From Hemiscyllium ocellatum (lineage: Eukaryota), in NCBI RefSeq assembly GCF_020745735.1, contig NC_083409.1, positions 48,876,048-48,940,047 of the forward strand: 64,000 nt of DNA, read 5' to 3'. The stretch's first letter is position 1, and each line of letters starts with the position of its first letter. This document shows, piece after piece, positions 39,421-54,130 of the stretch. Below the pieces are notes generated by a model, which had not been told where the DNA came from, searched no databases, and saw only the letters and a list, made by a program, of their open reading frames with translations. The translations under genes and the position numbers were made by a program.

Positions 39421-42099
39421 TGGAGTCATACATGAATTTTGGAAATGGGGTTTTGAAGGGGTAAAAAAAATCCCACTAAGTAAGAAGTACCTGTTATTTC
39501 TACAGCATTAATTTTGTAGATAGAGAGTAAGGAAAAAAAATGTAGAAAACAAATGCTTGTGTATTTGAAGGTTAGTTTCAATGCCACTACTAGAGATTGT
39601 GGACTGCATATATGATCTAAGAAAGTTCCAATGTTACTGGAATAAATACTCATTGCACCACAACAGTGATCATCGAATCTAATTATTTCGTTGTAATTCA
39701 TTGGGTAACAACAGTGTCATTTTTAAAAACTGTCAGTGGTTGCTGAGATGATGAAAAGCCCTAATTTTCAGAATGGAAGCTGATCTACACTTAACAGTGA
39801 TTTGTTCTGAATAGTTGCCCTGTTATAAGTCAAGAAAAATAATAATTCAGTTAGCTACAACGGATACATTCCTTGTATGACACCCTTATATGTTGTTCAA
39901 TAGTTTTGTTTTATATTAAGACCAAGGCCTCTGGTGTAGGACACTTTTAAGACGATGTAAATCAGCAAATAATAGGTTAAAGTATATCTGAACATTGCAA
40001 GAGGAAGAGAAAGATTAGCAGCAGGATGGACATCCATCACTTAAGATTGATGAAAAGAATGAATTTCTCAGGTGATGTGGTCAGATGTTGTCTTGACTCA
40101 TACAGAAGAAAAATGTTTATGACAGGATTTTTGGAATCTTGAAGAAACAAGGTTTGTGTAATCAGCTATCACAGTTGTACTGCTAGGTGAAGCAAAATAA
40201 GAAAACCTGCAATAGAAAGACAGAGTGGGGCAAGAGGTGAGAAAACCTTTCCTATCCGTTCAAAGAATAGTAACATCAGTCAGCAGTAATAACTGCTCAA
40301 ACATCACAGTAGAAAATAAACTCTGCTTTGACTTTCATAGAGTCGCTGCACTTCAGAAAGAGGCCATTTGGCCAATCAAGTCTGCGCCTACCCTCTGAAG
40401 ACATCATCCAAGGCTGGAATGAACCCAGATCCCTGGAGCTGTGAGGCAACAGTGTTAACCACTGTGCTGCCTGGAACACTTATTTAGCATGAAACAAACT
40501 GTCTTTTATTTGACTATTTTCTCTGATCAGGTGCTGTCAAAAGAAAACAAAATTGTATTTTATAAAGTTATTAAAACAATGTTAAGTAAATCACTAATCA
40601 AAACCTGACACAATCCTCTCTTGCTGTGGGTTTTTTATACAAAACAAAAAAAAAGTGGCTTGGATTGAAAATCTTAAGATTTTCCATGTGTTGTCTGTCT
40701 CCAATGTCAGTAGTCTATGACCTGCTCTTTTCTTACTGTTATATAAAGGCCATTTTGTTTATCTGACCTGACAGCAACTACCATGGATATTAGTAAGGTT
40801 GCTGAACAGCACACTGCTGCTATTTAGCTCCATAATGGTAAAAAAAATTTCACTTATTCCATCACAGCTCATTTCCCCCAGAAATGTAACACAGGGCTAC
40901 AATTGATATTCATTGAGACAGCCTTAGTTTTTCCAGTCTTCCTTTTTCTTTTATAGTAGCTATACATTAATGTTAAGAATGTGCTGAATTTTACACTTTC
41001 CCAGAAGAAATTATTTGAGTTGGAGGCTGATATTGGGTAATTTCAAAATTATCTATGATTTGAGTTCCACTTACATTATTGCTAATTTTGTAAAGTTTCT
41101 TAATTTATCTGAGGGGAAAATATTTCAAAACTAGTATTGACTGGAGGTACTTCTTCCAGCATTTTAGAGAAAGCAAATCTGGTTCTTGTCACTTATACTC
41201 CAGTCAAAATATGGAATTGGAAGCAGGTTAAGTAGCAGTCCAAGAATATTTCTTTATCTTGGATAATTTCATGGTGAACTGATGAATGGTTGTATTGTAA
41301 TACACTAGAAATCTGGTTAAACATGGATCAAGGGATCTAAGTGAAAATATATTATTGCTGGATTGTATAGTTGAACCTCTCAGACAATCAAATATTTAAA
41401 TTAGCTTTATGTCTTGACAGGTGATGTATGACAGTGCTACAGAATCCATCTGATGTATATGTCACCTTGAATTAAATTATTTAAGACATTTCTATTGCAA
41501 ATAAAGATTCCAGTTGTTTCATCCATGAGCTCATCTTCCCAGAACCTTCCCTGTCAGTTAACTAAGGGAACGGAATAGTTCTGTCTGTACGATGAGGTTT
41601 GAAGAACTGCGTAAATAATAGCTATAAAGTTCTATTAGTAATGAAATGAGCAGTTAGATCACTTTGATGTGACAGTAACATATAATTATATACTTGAACT
41701 GATTGCTGACAACATTTTTGTGAGAGTTAAGCTTAATGCAGGATTTATTGACTTTGCAAAGAAGCAAAACCAAACTGAGAAGGTACCTATTCACAAATCT
41801 GTCATGGCATATTGATTTGTGTTATATTGGACTTGGTCTCTATATTTTTGGAAACAAAGATAATCACAATCTATGATTTTTAAAGCGTGGAAACCAATTG
41901 TCAGTAAGTGTAAAGAATCCACTATATTTTATTCTAAGGGTACAAATCACTTTTTCTTTGTTCCAATTTATGCATTCTCTACATTTCACATGCTCAGTAA
42001 ATCTCAGTTTGTGCGGTGGCTGAACTGTGGAAGACTTATCTGGTTCTCCCTCCCCTCTGACATTTGGGAGACAACTGACCTCATTCCTTTCCTGAAACA

Positions 42100-43950
42100 T
42101 TAAACAAAAGGCATGTGGATAGGAGAGGGTGTGGTGACAGTGTTAAAGATAGAATTGATCCTTAATACTGTACGTGCGGCAGACAGAAAATATTTGTTAT
42201 TTTTATCCACTTGGTAGAAAAAATACCAAGATAAAGAGGAGTACAAGTTAAATTGGGTAAGGGACAATTTTACCAAGCCAATGGTGATTTGGCAGAAGTG
42301 AACTGGAAATGGTTACTTGAAGGTAAATCAATATGAGAGCAGTGTGACAAGTTGAAGGAAAAGTTAGAGAGGGTTCAGAACAAATGTTCCAACAATTAAA
42401 AAGGGGGGAAACTCCAAAATCTAGACCCTCTCAGATATTAAAGTATGCTCATAGTGTGATAGCAAAAACAAAGAAACATACGCCAGATATTGAAAGTTCA
42501 ATACTGCAGAAAGCCGAGAAGAAAATAGAAAATGCAGGATTGAAATTTGAAGGAAATTAGGAGAGTAAGGAGAAGGCATGGAATTTTTTAGCAAGTCAAA
42601 ATGAGGAAAACCCCAAGGTTGTTTTACAAATACCTAAAGAACAGATAGATAATTTAGAAAAGTGTAGGGTTGCTTTGAGACCAAAACGTTAACGTGTGCA
42701 GAGGCAGAAGATGTGAGCATGGTTTGCAGTGAATACTTTGCATGTTTTCACTAAAGAGGGGGACATGCAGATGTTGTAATTAAGGAGAATATTGGATTAT
42801 GTAAACATAATGAGAAGGAAATATCAGGGATTTTAGCATCTTTGAAAGTAGATAAACCGCCAGGGCGAGGTGAGATGCATCCAGGCTCCGAAGAGAAGTG
42901 AGGAAATGCCAGAGACTCTGACCATCATTTCAATCCTCTCTAGCTGCAAGAATGGTGTCAGAAGACCGATGGACATCCAATGTTACATCATTGTTTTAAA
43001 GGGGAGGCAGGGATGGACCCAATAATTACAGGTCAGTCAGCTTAACCTTGATGACAGCTTAAATCATCATTTAGAATAGCATATTAATCAAGGACAGTCA
43101 GCATGGAATTTTTAAATGAATGTCATTTATGACCACAGCAAATGCCAAGAAGGATCAATGAGAACTGCATTTGATGTAGCCCCTTTGGATTTTAGGAAGT
43201 GTCTTGACACAGTCCACTGTGGTCGACTGGTCAGAAAAGTAACAGCCCATAAGATCCAAGTGCAAGTAATATGTTGGATCCAAAATCAGCTCAAAGGCAA
43301 GAAACAAAGGGAAAGGGTTGATGGGTTCTTTGAGAATAGAGGGCTGTTTTCAGTGGGGAAAGCAGGGTTCACTACTGTGCCTCTTAACTTCTGTGGCTTT
43401 TTTCAATGAATTGGACTTAAGTAAGGAATCATAATTAAGAAGCATGCAGATGTTATAAAATTGATTGTGAGGAACTAAAGTCTGGAATATAGAAAGATAT
43501 CATTGGACTGGCCAGATGGGCAGAAAAGTGATGAATAGAATTCAATTCAGAAAGGTGCAAGGTAATTCATTTGGAGACAGCAAGCAATACAAGGATATAT
43601 TCAATAAATGGTAAGATATTGAGAATTGTGGAAGAGCAGAGATTTCAAATGCTTTAGGTTGTGTGTTCACAGATCTCCCAAAGCACCAGGGCAGTGTCAA
43701 TGAACTGGCTATGAAGTTCTATAGGATATTGTTCTTTTTGATTCAGGCATAGAGCATCAGAGCAAAAGGTTACTTGCGCTGTTTTGAACAAAGGTAGCTA
43801 AGGGAAGATTTAGTTGATGAGCAAGAATTATGAGGCGCCATGTGAAGTTGATGGGAAGAATCTGATTCCCTTGGTATGAGGTCATAAACCAGGGGATGTG
43901 GATTTAAAGAAACTGGCAAAATGATTAGAGAGGGGTTGAGAATTTTCACT
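42100..43950 (+). mobile_element. Old CR1 LINE ORF2 remnant
   Basis: aattacaggtcagtcagcttaacc, cagcatggaatt, FDVAPLDFRKCLDTV, gcagatg and WAEK* motifs. Confidence 0.75.
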
Positions 43951-44794
43951 TTTAATCCAATGTTTCATTTTAAAAATTTCCATTCAGTACCTGATATGCC
44001 ATTGAAGGCACTCCAATTATTTCACTTTACACAGTCTCTCCTTTGTTTATTTCTTAATCCGCAGATCTTGGTAAAAGAAATATACACTTTTTCATTCATA
44101 CATCCAGGACCCAAATTAATTTGGGTCACAATGGTGACAGCAATTTATACTTTCAGCAACTGACATAGGCAAAGAAAAGGAGTTGTAAAGTATAGGGAAA
44201 TGTATAACTACCCAGAACTACCACAAGATGCCCTGCTCCAGCAAAGTCCAGGCTACTATCTATTCCACTGAGCCACTGGTTTCTATTAAACACCCAATTT
44301 GATGGTTTCATGCCGAAAAAATTGGAGTGCAGCTTGGAGAAGAAGGAATGACTTATTAATTGGTATAAACAGGACATAGGCTAAATCAACCCAGACAACA
44401 GTCAGATTTGTAGCTACTCATTTAAGTAAAGCCCAAAAGGTTATTAATTTGTCTTTCATGACATTTGGAGAGATCACTTTGAGAATAAAATGCCCTCTAT
44501 GTGTGTGATTTAAATCAGCTTAGGTAATGTATGTTTTTGAAAGAGTTGATGGAGCGTAATTCAGCAAAAAGAAACCAATTCAATCTTGTGCTGTTCTAGG
44601 ACATGTCAGTGTTGAAAGGTTGAATTAATGGCACAGATTTTATTTTCTTTCATCTCTGAGTTAGTACAGATGTTAAGCTGTGGTGATTTACTGGATGAGA
44701 ACTGTTAGTTTACACTGTGGTCATTGTAGCTAAACTGCCTGTATTAACTATTTCTTCATGGTAATATGTATGTTTTCTTAATACTTTATTGCAG

Positions 44795-44956
44795 TTCGAA
44801 GGCTGTAATAAGGCATTTTCTCGACTAGAAAATCTCAAAATCCACCTGCGGAGCCACACAGGGGAGAAGCCTTACCTTTGCCAACATACTGGCTGCCAGA
44901 AGGCTTTCAGCAACTCCAGCGATCGTGCCAAACACCAACGAACGCACCTGGACACG
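44795..44956 (+). CDS. GLIS1: Internal coding exon of a GLIS-family C2H2 zinc-finger transcription factor (end of ZF3 and ZF4)
   Basis: Acceptor tactttattgcAG|TTC and donor ACG|GTAAGT. 162 nt = 54 codons, [54 protein letters not shown], nearly identical to the recalled GLIS1/GLIS3 sequence. This exon alone does not separate GLIS1 from GLIS3. Confidence 0.93.
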
Positions 44957-47277
44957 GTAAGTGCTATACAGAAAATTTTGCATTACATTGTCATGGGTAG
45001 TTATTCAGCACCTTTCCTTTTCTCTTCAGCCAATGAAGGCAAACACACGCAAAAAAAAGTGAGAATGTTGAAAATTTGAAAAAAAGACTATTATAGGTAC
45101 ATGGATAGGGGAACTGAAATACAACTATAAAACAATCTGAGTCAATGCTACTGCAAAAAGCAGTTCTGAAGGGTTTGACACAAATTGCTAACAGGCCTTT
45201 CTCTTTCAGTTGCTCACTAAACAGATCTAGAATTTCACTATTCCTGAATATTTAAACCAAGTTTCATGTCAAAGTCAAAGTCAAACTTCACAGTTTCTTT
45301 TCTATGGTTCTGATTTCTTTTTTATAATGAAGTCCATAGAACGGTATCTGTTATGACTGGACCAATGCTCTCATCAAGGTTACTTACAGTGGGTGAATGG
45401 TAGGAAATAATAATCAGAGGAGTCAAGACTTGTTAGCTATTTATTTTGATGGGGTGAAAGAGCAACCCTATGATTTCCCATAAGGCACCCTTTATAGCAC
45501 CAGCCACATTGGGAGCACTGAAGTGACCAAATATCCAACTGTGGCCTTAGATGAAGCACTTCAAAAATAACAGCAGCACCCTTTTTTGGCTCACAGACAA
45601 CTACCTTCTCTTGAATGCTTCATGACAATGGAAGCAAGGAGATCTTGGCCCAGTCCCCCTGGCCTTATTGAATTGTCTTATTTTAGTGGAGATGACTAGT
45701 GGCAGTATGAATGCCTTTGTGCCACTGAACAGTATAACCAACAAATCTTCCTGCTATTCAGTGACTTCTGCTGGAAATAGTGTCCCATAGCTTCCAGGCT
45801 ATGGCTCATTGGAAATGGGCTATAAATTGGAAAATATACATCATTACCCCACAAAGCCCTGAAGCACAAACTTGTGTGGTAATTGCATGGGAATTTTAAA
45901 AACTTCCAATGGGTTGATTTTCACAGCCCTCTACAAAAGTCTCTGACCCTGATCTCAGGTTGGATACGTGGGCCATATATGTGGGACTGACCTGCATACT
46001 TGCCATGGAGATGGTATACAGTTTAATGCCTGGTTTAATTCAGTAATCAGCCATAACTCATCTGAACACTGAAGCCAATGCCATGCCAATAACCCCTCCT
46101 CAACTCTAACAGATAACATGACCATCCACCATAATCACCTGTCTACTACCTTGACTTAAAACAAATTGATCCTCTACCCCTCCCCACCTGACTATGTCCC
46201 TGACTGACTCATATAAGATCCACTCATTTACCTACTGATTCACCCAAACTTAAATGATTCACTTCATCCACAAATACGTCACTCACTCAATCACTTAACT
46301 GCTCACTCATTTATTAACTCACCCCCTGAAAGGCTTGGACCTTTAAAGATTTATATCAATATGGCAGCTAGTACCAGGAAAAAGATCTCACTTCTTGTGT
46401 CTAGCAATCTTCTGTCAGGGATGGCTATGCTACCCTTCAGTGCTCCAAGTGGGATTAGAATTTGTGCTGTTGTGTCTTTGATGACCAGATCTGATCCAGT
46501 TGTGTAACCCCCAGCCCAGCATAATTGATCCGAGTTAGTTTTTCTTTCTCCCTCTCTGGAAAAACTAAAACAGAATGTTGACATGCAAAAACAAAAATGG
46601 AATTTTGGCTTGCACAGAAATATATGTGCAGCTGCAGCACACAATGAATTGGAAAGTTGATGATGTCTAGAGACATTTAAAAAATTTAAATCAAAGTGCA
46701 GACTGACATTCTGTAATTTCAAAAAAGGCACTAATAATGATGAGAGGGTCAGCTATATCCTCCTGTGGGCAGCAGATGAAGGATTAAATTTATTGAACAA
46801 TTGGGAGCTTACTTGGTGACAGAAATCTACACAAAATTTTTTGCATGATTTAACATACATCTCTAGCCAATATCAAATCATCGTATCCACCACTATGAAT
46901 TTTAAGGCTTCAGACAGGAGTTGGAAGACCTTAACAACTTTATATCAAGATTTAAACATGTAGCCAGAAAAACTAAGTTTACAGACAAGGATGAAAGGCC
47001 ATTGGATCAAGTAATTTATGATTCTGTGCATGCTGATGTATCGAAACTAATTGGAAAGCACAAGCCCATAATATCAGAGCCACTTGAAGCCACAAGCCAA
47101 TAAATGAAGTCAGTAACCACCATAATGATGAACACTACAGTTAAACCAAAGGCAGGCAGTAAGCTTAATGTGGTGAAACAGCAGAAAAGCAAAGTACAGC
47201 AAACAGAGAGAAAGGTATCCAGGCGGTATAGTTGACCATCACAAATTCAATGACAGAAGGAAATTGCCCACAAATGA

Positions 47278-47428
47278 GTCATGATTTGGAGGTGCCGGTG
47301 TTGGACTGGGGTGTACAAAGTTAAAAACCACACAACACTAGGTTATAGTCCAACAGGTTTAATTGGAGCACTAGCTAGCAATTAAACCTGTTGGACTATT
47401 ACCTGGTGTTGTGTGATTTTTAACTTTT
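47278..47428. mobile_element. Second-family Penelope-type hairpin remnant (49-bp arms 47317-47365 / 47379-47427)
   Basis: aaagttaaaaaccacacaacactaggttatagtccaacaggtttaattg and its inverse; flanking ccca(c)a(a/t)atga at 47267-47277 and 47429-47439. Confidence 0.7.
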
Positions 47429-48714
47429 CCCACATATGAAACCGTCAGCAAAGCTTGTGTAAAGACTAATCATTGGGAAAAGATATACAGGGTATATTAA
47501 GAAAGTGATAAACAAAGTCAGACTAACCGGTTGAATGGGTAAGAAGAGAAACCAAAACATCCATACATGCCAGCGAGTTTGAGAACTTAATTGGTATACA
47601 ATGTCATGAAATGTCTGGATACAGCAGGTTCCAGAGAAAAGAAATTCACACAATCATTTAGATAACAAAGAAGCTGATAAATAAGCCCACAACTATAAAT
47701 CTGAACCTGAGGACTGAACCTGGAGCACAGAGTTACATCATCCCCCTCAGATTATAGCAAAAGATCTTTCCTGAAAGCTTGAAAGCAAATTGGGTATCCA
47801 ATTGGTGTTCTGAAATCAAACCAATGTCATGCTGACAGGGTATGGCGAATTGAGATCTGACAGCTAGGACCACCCAAGATCAGAGGGACACAAAGGAAAA
47901 GATGTTAACTGTATGTTTTCAATCACTATTCTGGGGTTGAGTGGTTGCACAGAGTTACAGACTATCTCAGTAAACCAGTCCACTTCCATGAAGTGAAGTA
48001 GTTGACATGAAGGGTTGAACATATAACAGCTGTTGAAAAACACCCTCCAAGCAAAGAAGATCTGGTGCAAATACACCTTGAATTCTTTGATGAAACGGTT
48101 GACTGATTCAGCCTCCACATAAAGTATCAAAAGTCCCAAGAGATGGAAGAAAACAAAGTAATCATACAGACTACTTCGCAAATGTTGTTAAATTCCATTG
48201 TGGTTAGAAAGAAACCAAATTGAGGTAAATGAATATAAACTCATTGCCACTGTGGAAATGTGGTTACAAGAAAACCAGACTAGGAACTTAACATTCACCG
48301 ACATTTGACCTTTCATTGAGACAAGAGGGACAAGAGGGATGGAAAAGGGGATGGGGTAGCATTGTTAATAAGAAATGAAATGAGGACAGTTGTGAGAGAT
48401 GATCTAGGGTCAGATGATGTAGAGTCCATTTGGGTGAAGGTTAAAAAAAATGAAAGAAGGCATTGGTAAAAGTGTGTACACACCCCCAAACAGAAGCCAC
48501 TCTGTGGGAAAGGCTATAAATCTACAAATAATAGGAGCATTTAAAAAAGACCAAAGCAATAATTGAGTCATTTGAATCTTCATGTTGATCAAATCAATCA
48601 AATTGGAAAGGGTATCCAAGGAAACTAATTAATATAGTGCATCAAGAATAGTTTCCGAGAGCAAAATGTCATAGAGCCAACTGCGGAGCAGGCTACCTTG
48701 GATCTAATAATGGG

Positions 48715-49785
48715 AGAAAGTGAGGTCTGCAGATGCTGGAGATCAGAGCTGGAAATGTGTTGCTGGAAAAGCGCAGCAGGTCAGGCAGCATCCAAGGAGC
48801 AGGAGAATCGACGCTTCAGACATGATCCCTTGTTCAGGAATGAGGAAAGTGTGCCAAGCAGGCTAAGATAAAATGTAGGGAGGAGGGACTTGGGGGAGGG
48901 GCTTTGGAAATGCGATAGGTGGAAGGAGTTTAAGGTGAGAGTGATAGGCCAGAGTGATGGTGGGGGCGGAGAGGTCAGGAAGAAGATTGCAGGTTAGGAA
49001 GGTGCATCGTTGAGTTCGAGGGTTGGGACTGAGATAAGGTCAGGGGAGGGGAAATGAGGAAACTGGAGAAATCTGAGTTCATCCCATGTGGTTGGAGGGT
49101 TCCTAGGCGGAAGATGAGGCACTCTTCCTCCAGCCGTCATGTTGCTAAGGTCTGGCGATGGAGGAGTCCAAGGACCTGCATGTCCTTGATGGAGTGGGAG
49201 GAGGGGTTGAAGTGTTGAGCCACGGGGTGGTTGGGTTGGTTGGTCCGGGTGTCCCAGAGGTGTTCTCTGAAACGTTCTGCAAGTAGGCGGCCTGTCTCCC
49301 CAATGTAGAGGAGGCCACATCGGGTGCAGCGGTTGCAGTAAATGATGTGTGTGGAGGTGCAGGTGAATTTGTGGTAGATATGGAATTTGTGGTAGATATG
49401 GAAGGATCCCTTGGGGCCTTGGAGGGAAGTAAGGGGGGCGGTGTGGGAGCAAGTTTTGCATTTCTTGCGGTTACAGGGGAAGGTGCCAGGAGTGGAGGTT
49501 GGGTTGGTGGAGCGAGTGGACCTGACGAGGGAGTCATGGAGGGAGTGGTCTTTTCAAACGCTGAAAGGGGAGGGGAGGGAAATATATCCCTGGTGGTGGG
49601 GTCCGTTTGGAGGTGGTGGAAATGACAACGGCTGATACGATGTATATGGAGGCTGGTGGGATGGTAGGTGAGCACCAGTGGGGTTCTGTCCTGGTGGCGA
49701 TTGGAGGGGCGGGGCTCAAGGACGGAGGCGCGGGAAGTGGAGGAAATGTGGTGGAGAGCAGCGTCGACCACGTCTGGGGGGATAT
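48715..49785 (-). mobile_element. Penelope-like element 3' part with GIY-YIG endonuclease, nested in CR1
   Basis: FTCTSTHIIYCNRCTRCGLLYIGETGRLLAERFREH; degenerate hammerhead at 48810-48837; 18-bp tandem duplication near 49366-49401. Confidence 0.9.
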
Positions 49786-50367
49786 TGCGGATTTGGGAGA
49801 TAGGACAAGTTTAATAAATAACCTCCAAGTAAACAATCCCTTAGGAAGTAGTGATCACACAAGATAGAATTTAAAAGAAGCTTGGATCAGAAACAATTGA
49901 GTTTAAATTAAATAATGGGAATTACAAAGAAATGAGGATAGAGTTAGCTAAAGTGAACTGGGTGGATAAATTAGCAGGAATGACAGTAAGTAAACAGTGG
50001 CAGACATTTATTTAAGGGAGTGATTAATGACTCTCAGCAAAAACACATGTCAGTAAAGAAGAAAGATTCTAAGAGAGGGATAAACCAATCATGGCTCATC
50101 AAGGAAGTTAAGGAGAGTACCAAGTTAAATGGAAAGGCATATAACAAGATTAAAGTCAGTGACAGCCCTGAAGGCTGTGATAAATTCAGAATCCGACGAA
50201 AGAGGACTGAAAGGATAATAAAGATAGGGAAAATAATATCTGAGCACAAATTAGCAAGGGATATAAAATCTGATAATAAAAGCTTTAACATACATAAAAA
50301 TGGAAGCATGAGGTCAACATGAACGCCAGTCCTTTAGCAAATAAATCTGGGGAGATGGTGTTTTTAA

Positions 50368-50700
50368 AGAAGCCCTACAAAATGGAAGCAGACCATTCAA
50401 GTCCACGCCAATCCTGTGAAAGGATATCCCACCCAGACCCAGTCCTTGTAACTCTGCAGTTTCCATGATTAATCCACCTAGTCTACACATCCCTGGACAC
50501 TGTGTACAATTTAGGATGGCCGATCCGTCTAACCTGCACATCTTTGGATTGTAGGAGGAAACCAGAACACCTGGAGGAAACACCTGCAGACAGGGGGAGA
50601 ATGTGCAAACTCCATGCAGACAGTCACCTGAAAGTGGAATCAAACCCAGGTCCCTGCTGCTATGAGACAGCAGTGCTAACCTTTGAGCCACTGTGCAGCC
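50368..50700 (-). mobile_element. HE1-type SINE nested in CR1
   Basis: Reverse complement of the head, V core and tail seen at 5190-5522. Confidence 0.82.
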
Positions 50701-53700
50701 TTTGAAATGCAGCAGAGTTAAACAGATATGTTACATCATTCTTTACTTGGAAGATGATTCAGATATTCCATTAATACTAAAGAATAAAGGGATGAACTAA
50801 GTACCATCACCAAAGAAGTAGTATGAGACAAATTAAAAGGGCTGAAAGCAGATACATACCCTGACTCTCATAGCCTGTGTCCTAAGATCCTAACAGACGT
50901 AGCTATGGAAATAGAGTATGTATTAATTGTAATTTTCCAAAAATCCTTGAATTCTGGAGGTCTGTTCCCTTTATTTAAGGAAAGATATCATTTCACTGGA
51001 GACAGTTCAGAAGATATTCACTAGGTATGGAAGGATTGTCTTATGAGTAAAGGCTAAACAGGTTGGGATTCTAAAGTTTAGAAGAATGAGAGGTGATCTC
51101 TTTGAAACATATAGGATTCTTAAGAAGTTTGATAGGTAAATGCTTAGAGGGTGTTTCCCTTCATTGGAGAGTCTAGAACCAGAAGGCATAGTCTCAGAAT
51201 AAAGGGACACTAATTTAAAACTGAGGTGAGGAGGAAGGAAGCTCTTCTCTCAAAGGGTCTTTGGAACTCCTTGCCACAGAGAACTGTTCGGGGTTGCGCT
51301 GGGCAGAATCCTTCAGTATGTTTAAGCCTTTGATAGAATGTTAAATAGTCGGGAAATCAAATATGGGAGGAAAGTGGATGTGAGGAACGTTGGATCAGCC
51401 ATGATCCTGTCGAATGGTGGAGTAGGCTTGAGGGGCTGAACAGCCTACTCCTGTTCCTATTTCTTACTGTCTTATGCTCTTAACCAACAGGACAGTATGA
51501 ATTTACCTGAAACACAAAGACCTTAATCAAATCATAAAAAGCGACCAGTACCCCATTCCAACACTAGAAGAGATCACACCAGCACTGGCAAGGGCAAACG
51601 TTTTAAAGCTCGATGCCAAAAATGGCTACTAAAATGTAGAACTAGGTATAATTCACTGTTGACTGAGAGCAACAAATGCCAAATCTACAAGATGGAGGAA
51701 CATTCTTACCATCTAAGTAGTGACATGAATGGTATTTTTAAAATGCTAAATATGCCCCTAAAAAGGGGGTTAATCTTATTTCCAAAAAAAGTCAATTGAT
51801 GACCTCCTTTCAGCTAGAAAAGTTAATGATTGGAGCAGGGCATTAAGGTTTAAATTAAGAAGGACTTTATCTATTATATTGTCTGAACAGAGTTCGAAAT
51901 TAATTATGCATGAGATAAATGCAACATTCACAGCTGCATTGCAGACTCAGGTTCTTGTGAAACCCACCACTGGCCTTTACAGTTTTCTTACATGGCACAT
52001 CTGAATGTAAAAAATAAACCCTCATCTATTCAAGCTTAAGATATGATTGTTTCAAACATCTAGGGACCAAAAGACAACTAGAAGGCATAACACCACAACC
52101 CCTGCTCTGATGGGCTACCATTCTCTTGTCACAAACTAGCAAGTTGCACCTAGCTCTTAAAGTTGAACCTAACCTGATATATGCATTAGAATTCAGCTGA
52201 ATCCACAGTGTAATAAAAATAAGTGGCAGAACAGGTGCTATTGAATATCAATAACGTAAATCCAACAATGCTGATGCTGTTTATTTGAAAAATAATTGTT
52301 ATGAATACTTACTTTCAGAAGGGAAGTGTGTTCAGCAGCTCTCGTTAACTTGATGTTAGACACTTCTAAATATGGTATTGCACACCTTTCCCAGTTTTGT
52401 TAAGTGTATAAAATATGGTTCCAATGTTCAAGTCAATAAGTTCTCAGCCAAGATGTAGTAATGAGTTACATAGGCCAACAAGTACTCTGGTTCCTCTCTT
52501 ATCTATCATAAATTCATTAATCTTGAAGTAGCTATGGTAGTACTTCTGCTGCCCTTAGTTTTCCTCTCGAGAGGGGTGGAAAGAAATAATGTCCATTGAC
52601 TCCTGTTGGAAAGTTCTTTAATGTAAATATCCAGTGAGGATAGAATAGGAATTGGCTACAATATCTCACACGGAGCACTAGCCGTCTTACACCTGGCTTG
52701 GCATCACATGAAGAATTGTCATTTTGACCATTAGAGATGTGGATCCATGCTCAGCAAAAAAAAACCTGGAGAGAAAATTGAATGGAGATTTTTGCCAGCA
52801 AGCCTCTACAACAGTTACATAATCGAGGCAGGTAATATATAAAACATGTGTTAGGAATGTTGGAGGAATTGTAATTAAGTAACATAAAACAGATGCTGAA
52901 CCTGTTTGAATTTACAAAACATTTGTCATGGGATAGAGAAGATATTGCTTCACCTTATGTTGTAATATTCAGATGTTAAGTCTGCACTTCATAAACATAA
53001 AGTTATAATTCTTCCTTCTCTTCTTTATGCTTTCCTTCTTTTGGAAAGGAATCTCTGTCTGCAGAGCCCAGGTACTACTCATTCAATGATTTCAGTAGAT
53101 GATGATACAGATGATTATTAAATATAATAGGGTAAAATTTTGGTTTTGCACTGACAATAATCTGGCAGAGCTGACTGCTCGCCCATTATAAACCTCACCC
53201 AATTTTTGTTCCATTCGAATGAGCAGTGTAACACCATGCTAGACAAAGGAACAATCTGCTGTGCCAGATTACTGCCCATACAATGAACATGAAAATGTAA
53301 GTATTATTTATATACGTCTAAACAGTTATTCACCTTACGATAGTACTTTGAATTTAAATCTGGAAGTCCTTAATGTAAACTCACTATGCTTTTGGGAATG
53401 TTATTATGCAAAAACCAGGTTAAATGACACTGTCAACTATTGAATGATGCTCTGCCCATGGACAATGTGATTCTATGCAATGCAGTATAATGGTTGTATC
53501 AGTGGAGTAGAAATAGATTTAAATAATGTTTTAAAATTTCCCAACAATGATACTGCACTGTTTGAGATTACTTTTTGGATTGACCTTGTGCGCTAACCTA
53601 AGAACATTGCAGCAAATGACACTACAACTTGCATTGATGTAAAGATAAGAATCCTTCACATCATATGAGATACATAGCTTGTCTACCTGAAGAGAAAAAA

Positions 53701-54130
53701 AGACGTTCTTCAAAACATTTTACAAATGGAGGATATAAATGTGATCATTGATAAGTTATTGCAGTCAAATGTTCTATATTTGCAGCTTCCTGATAGTTAT
53801 GCGATTGGCCACCGGTAATAATTATCAACAGCTACAGTTGCGAAAACTATTTCCAGGTTTTGAATCAAATCCAGGAGCAGGGCTATCATCTAACACCATG
53901 TATTACTGATCAAGTGCCAGGACTGAACTTTTTGAGTGAAGTATCTTAAAAGGAGGAATTTCTACATTTAGTAACTGCATTCTGATTTGAACGTGCTTGG
54001 GCACAGGAAGCAATAATTCATCATCTCACAGCAGAAGGTATCACATGTACACAGTCAGTACAGAATTGTATTAATGAGACTCAGCAGCTATTGCAAAGTG
54101 TAAAATTCTTCCTCTCTTAAACCTTTACAG

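Larger units (their letters stand above)
48221..51481 (+). mobile_element. CR1 LINE (endonuclease, partial RT and tail) inserted into the Gypsy RT
   Basis: EVNEYKLIATVEMWLQ, GDGVALLI, VYTPP and LGSSDH endonuclease motifs; tail cctactcctgttcctatttcttactgtcttatg; aaccaa repeated at both ends. Confidence 0.8.
46585..51650 (+). mobile_element. Decayed Gypsy/Ty3 LTR retrotransposon (gag-pol), split by later insertions
   Basis: Gag-like MNWKVDDV..TFKKFKSKCRLTF and VSYILLWAADEGLNLLNNW. RT VNSIVVRKKPN ends at ~48219 and resumes at ~51482 with KDLNQIIKSDQYPIPTLEEITPALARANVLKLDAKNGY. Confidence 0.75.

Noticed and set aside
44789-45079. Stand-alone 96-aa zinc-finger ORF
   Set aside because: Only 44795-44956 is coding; it is bounded by canonical splice sites and the rest is intron.
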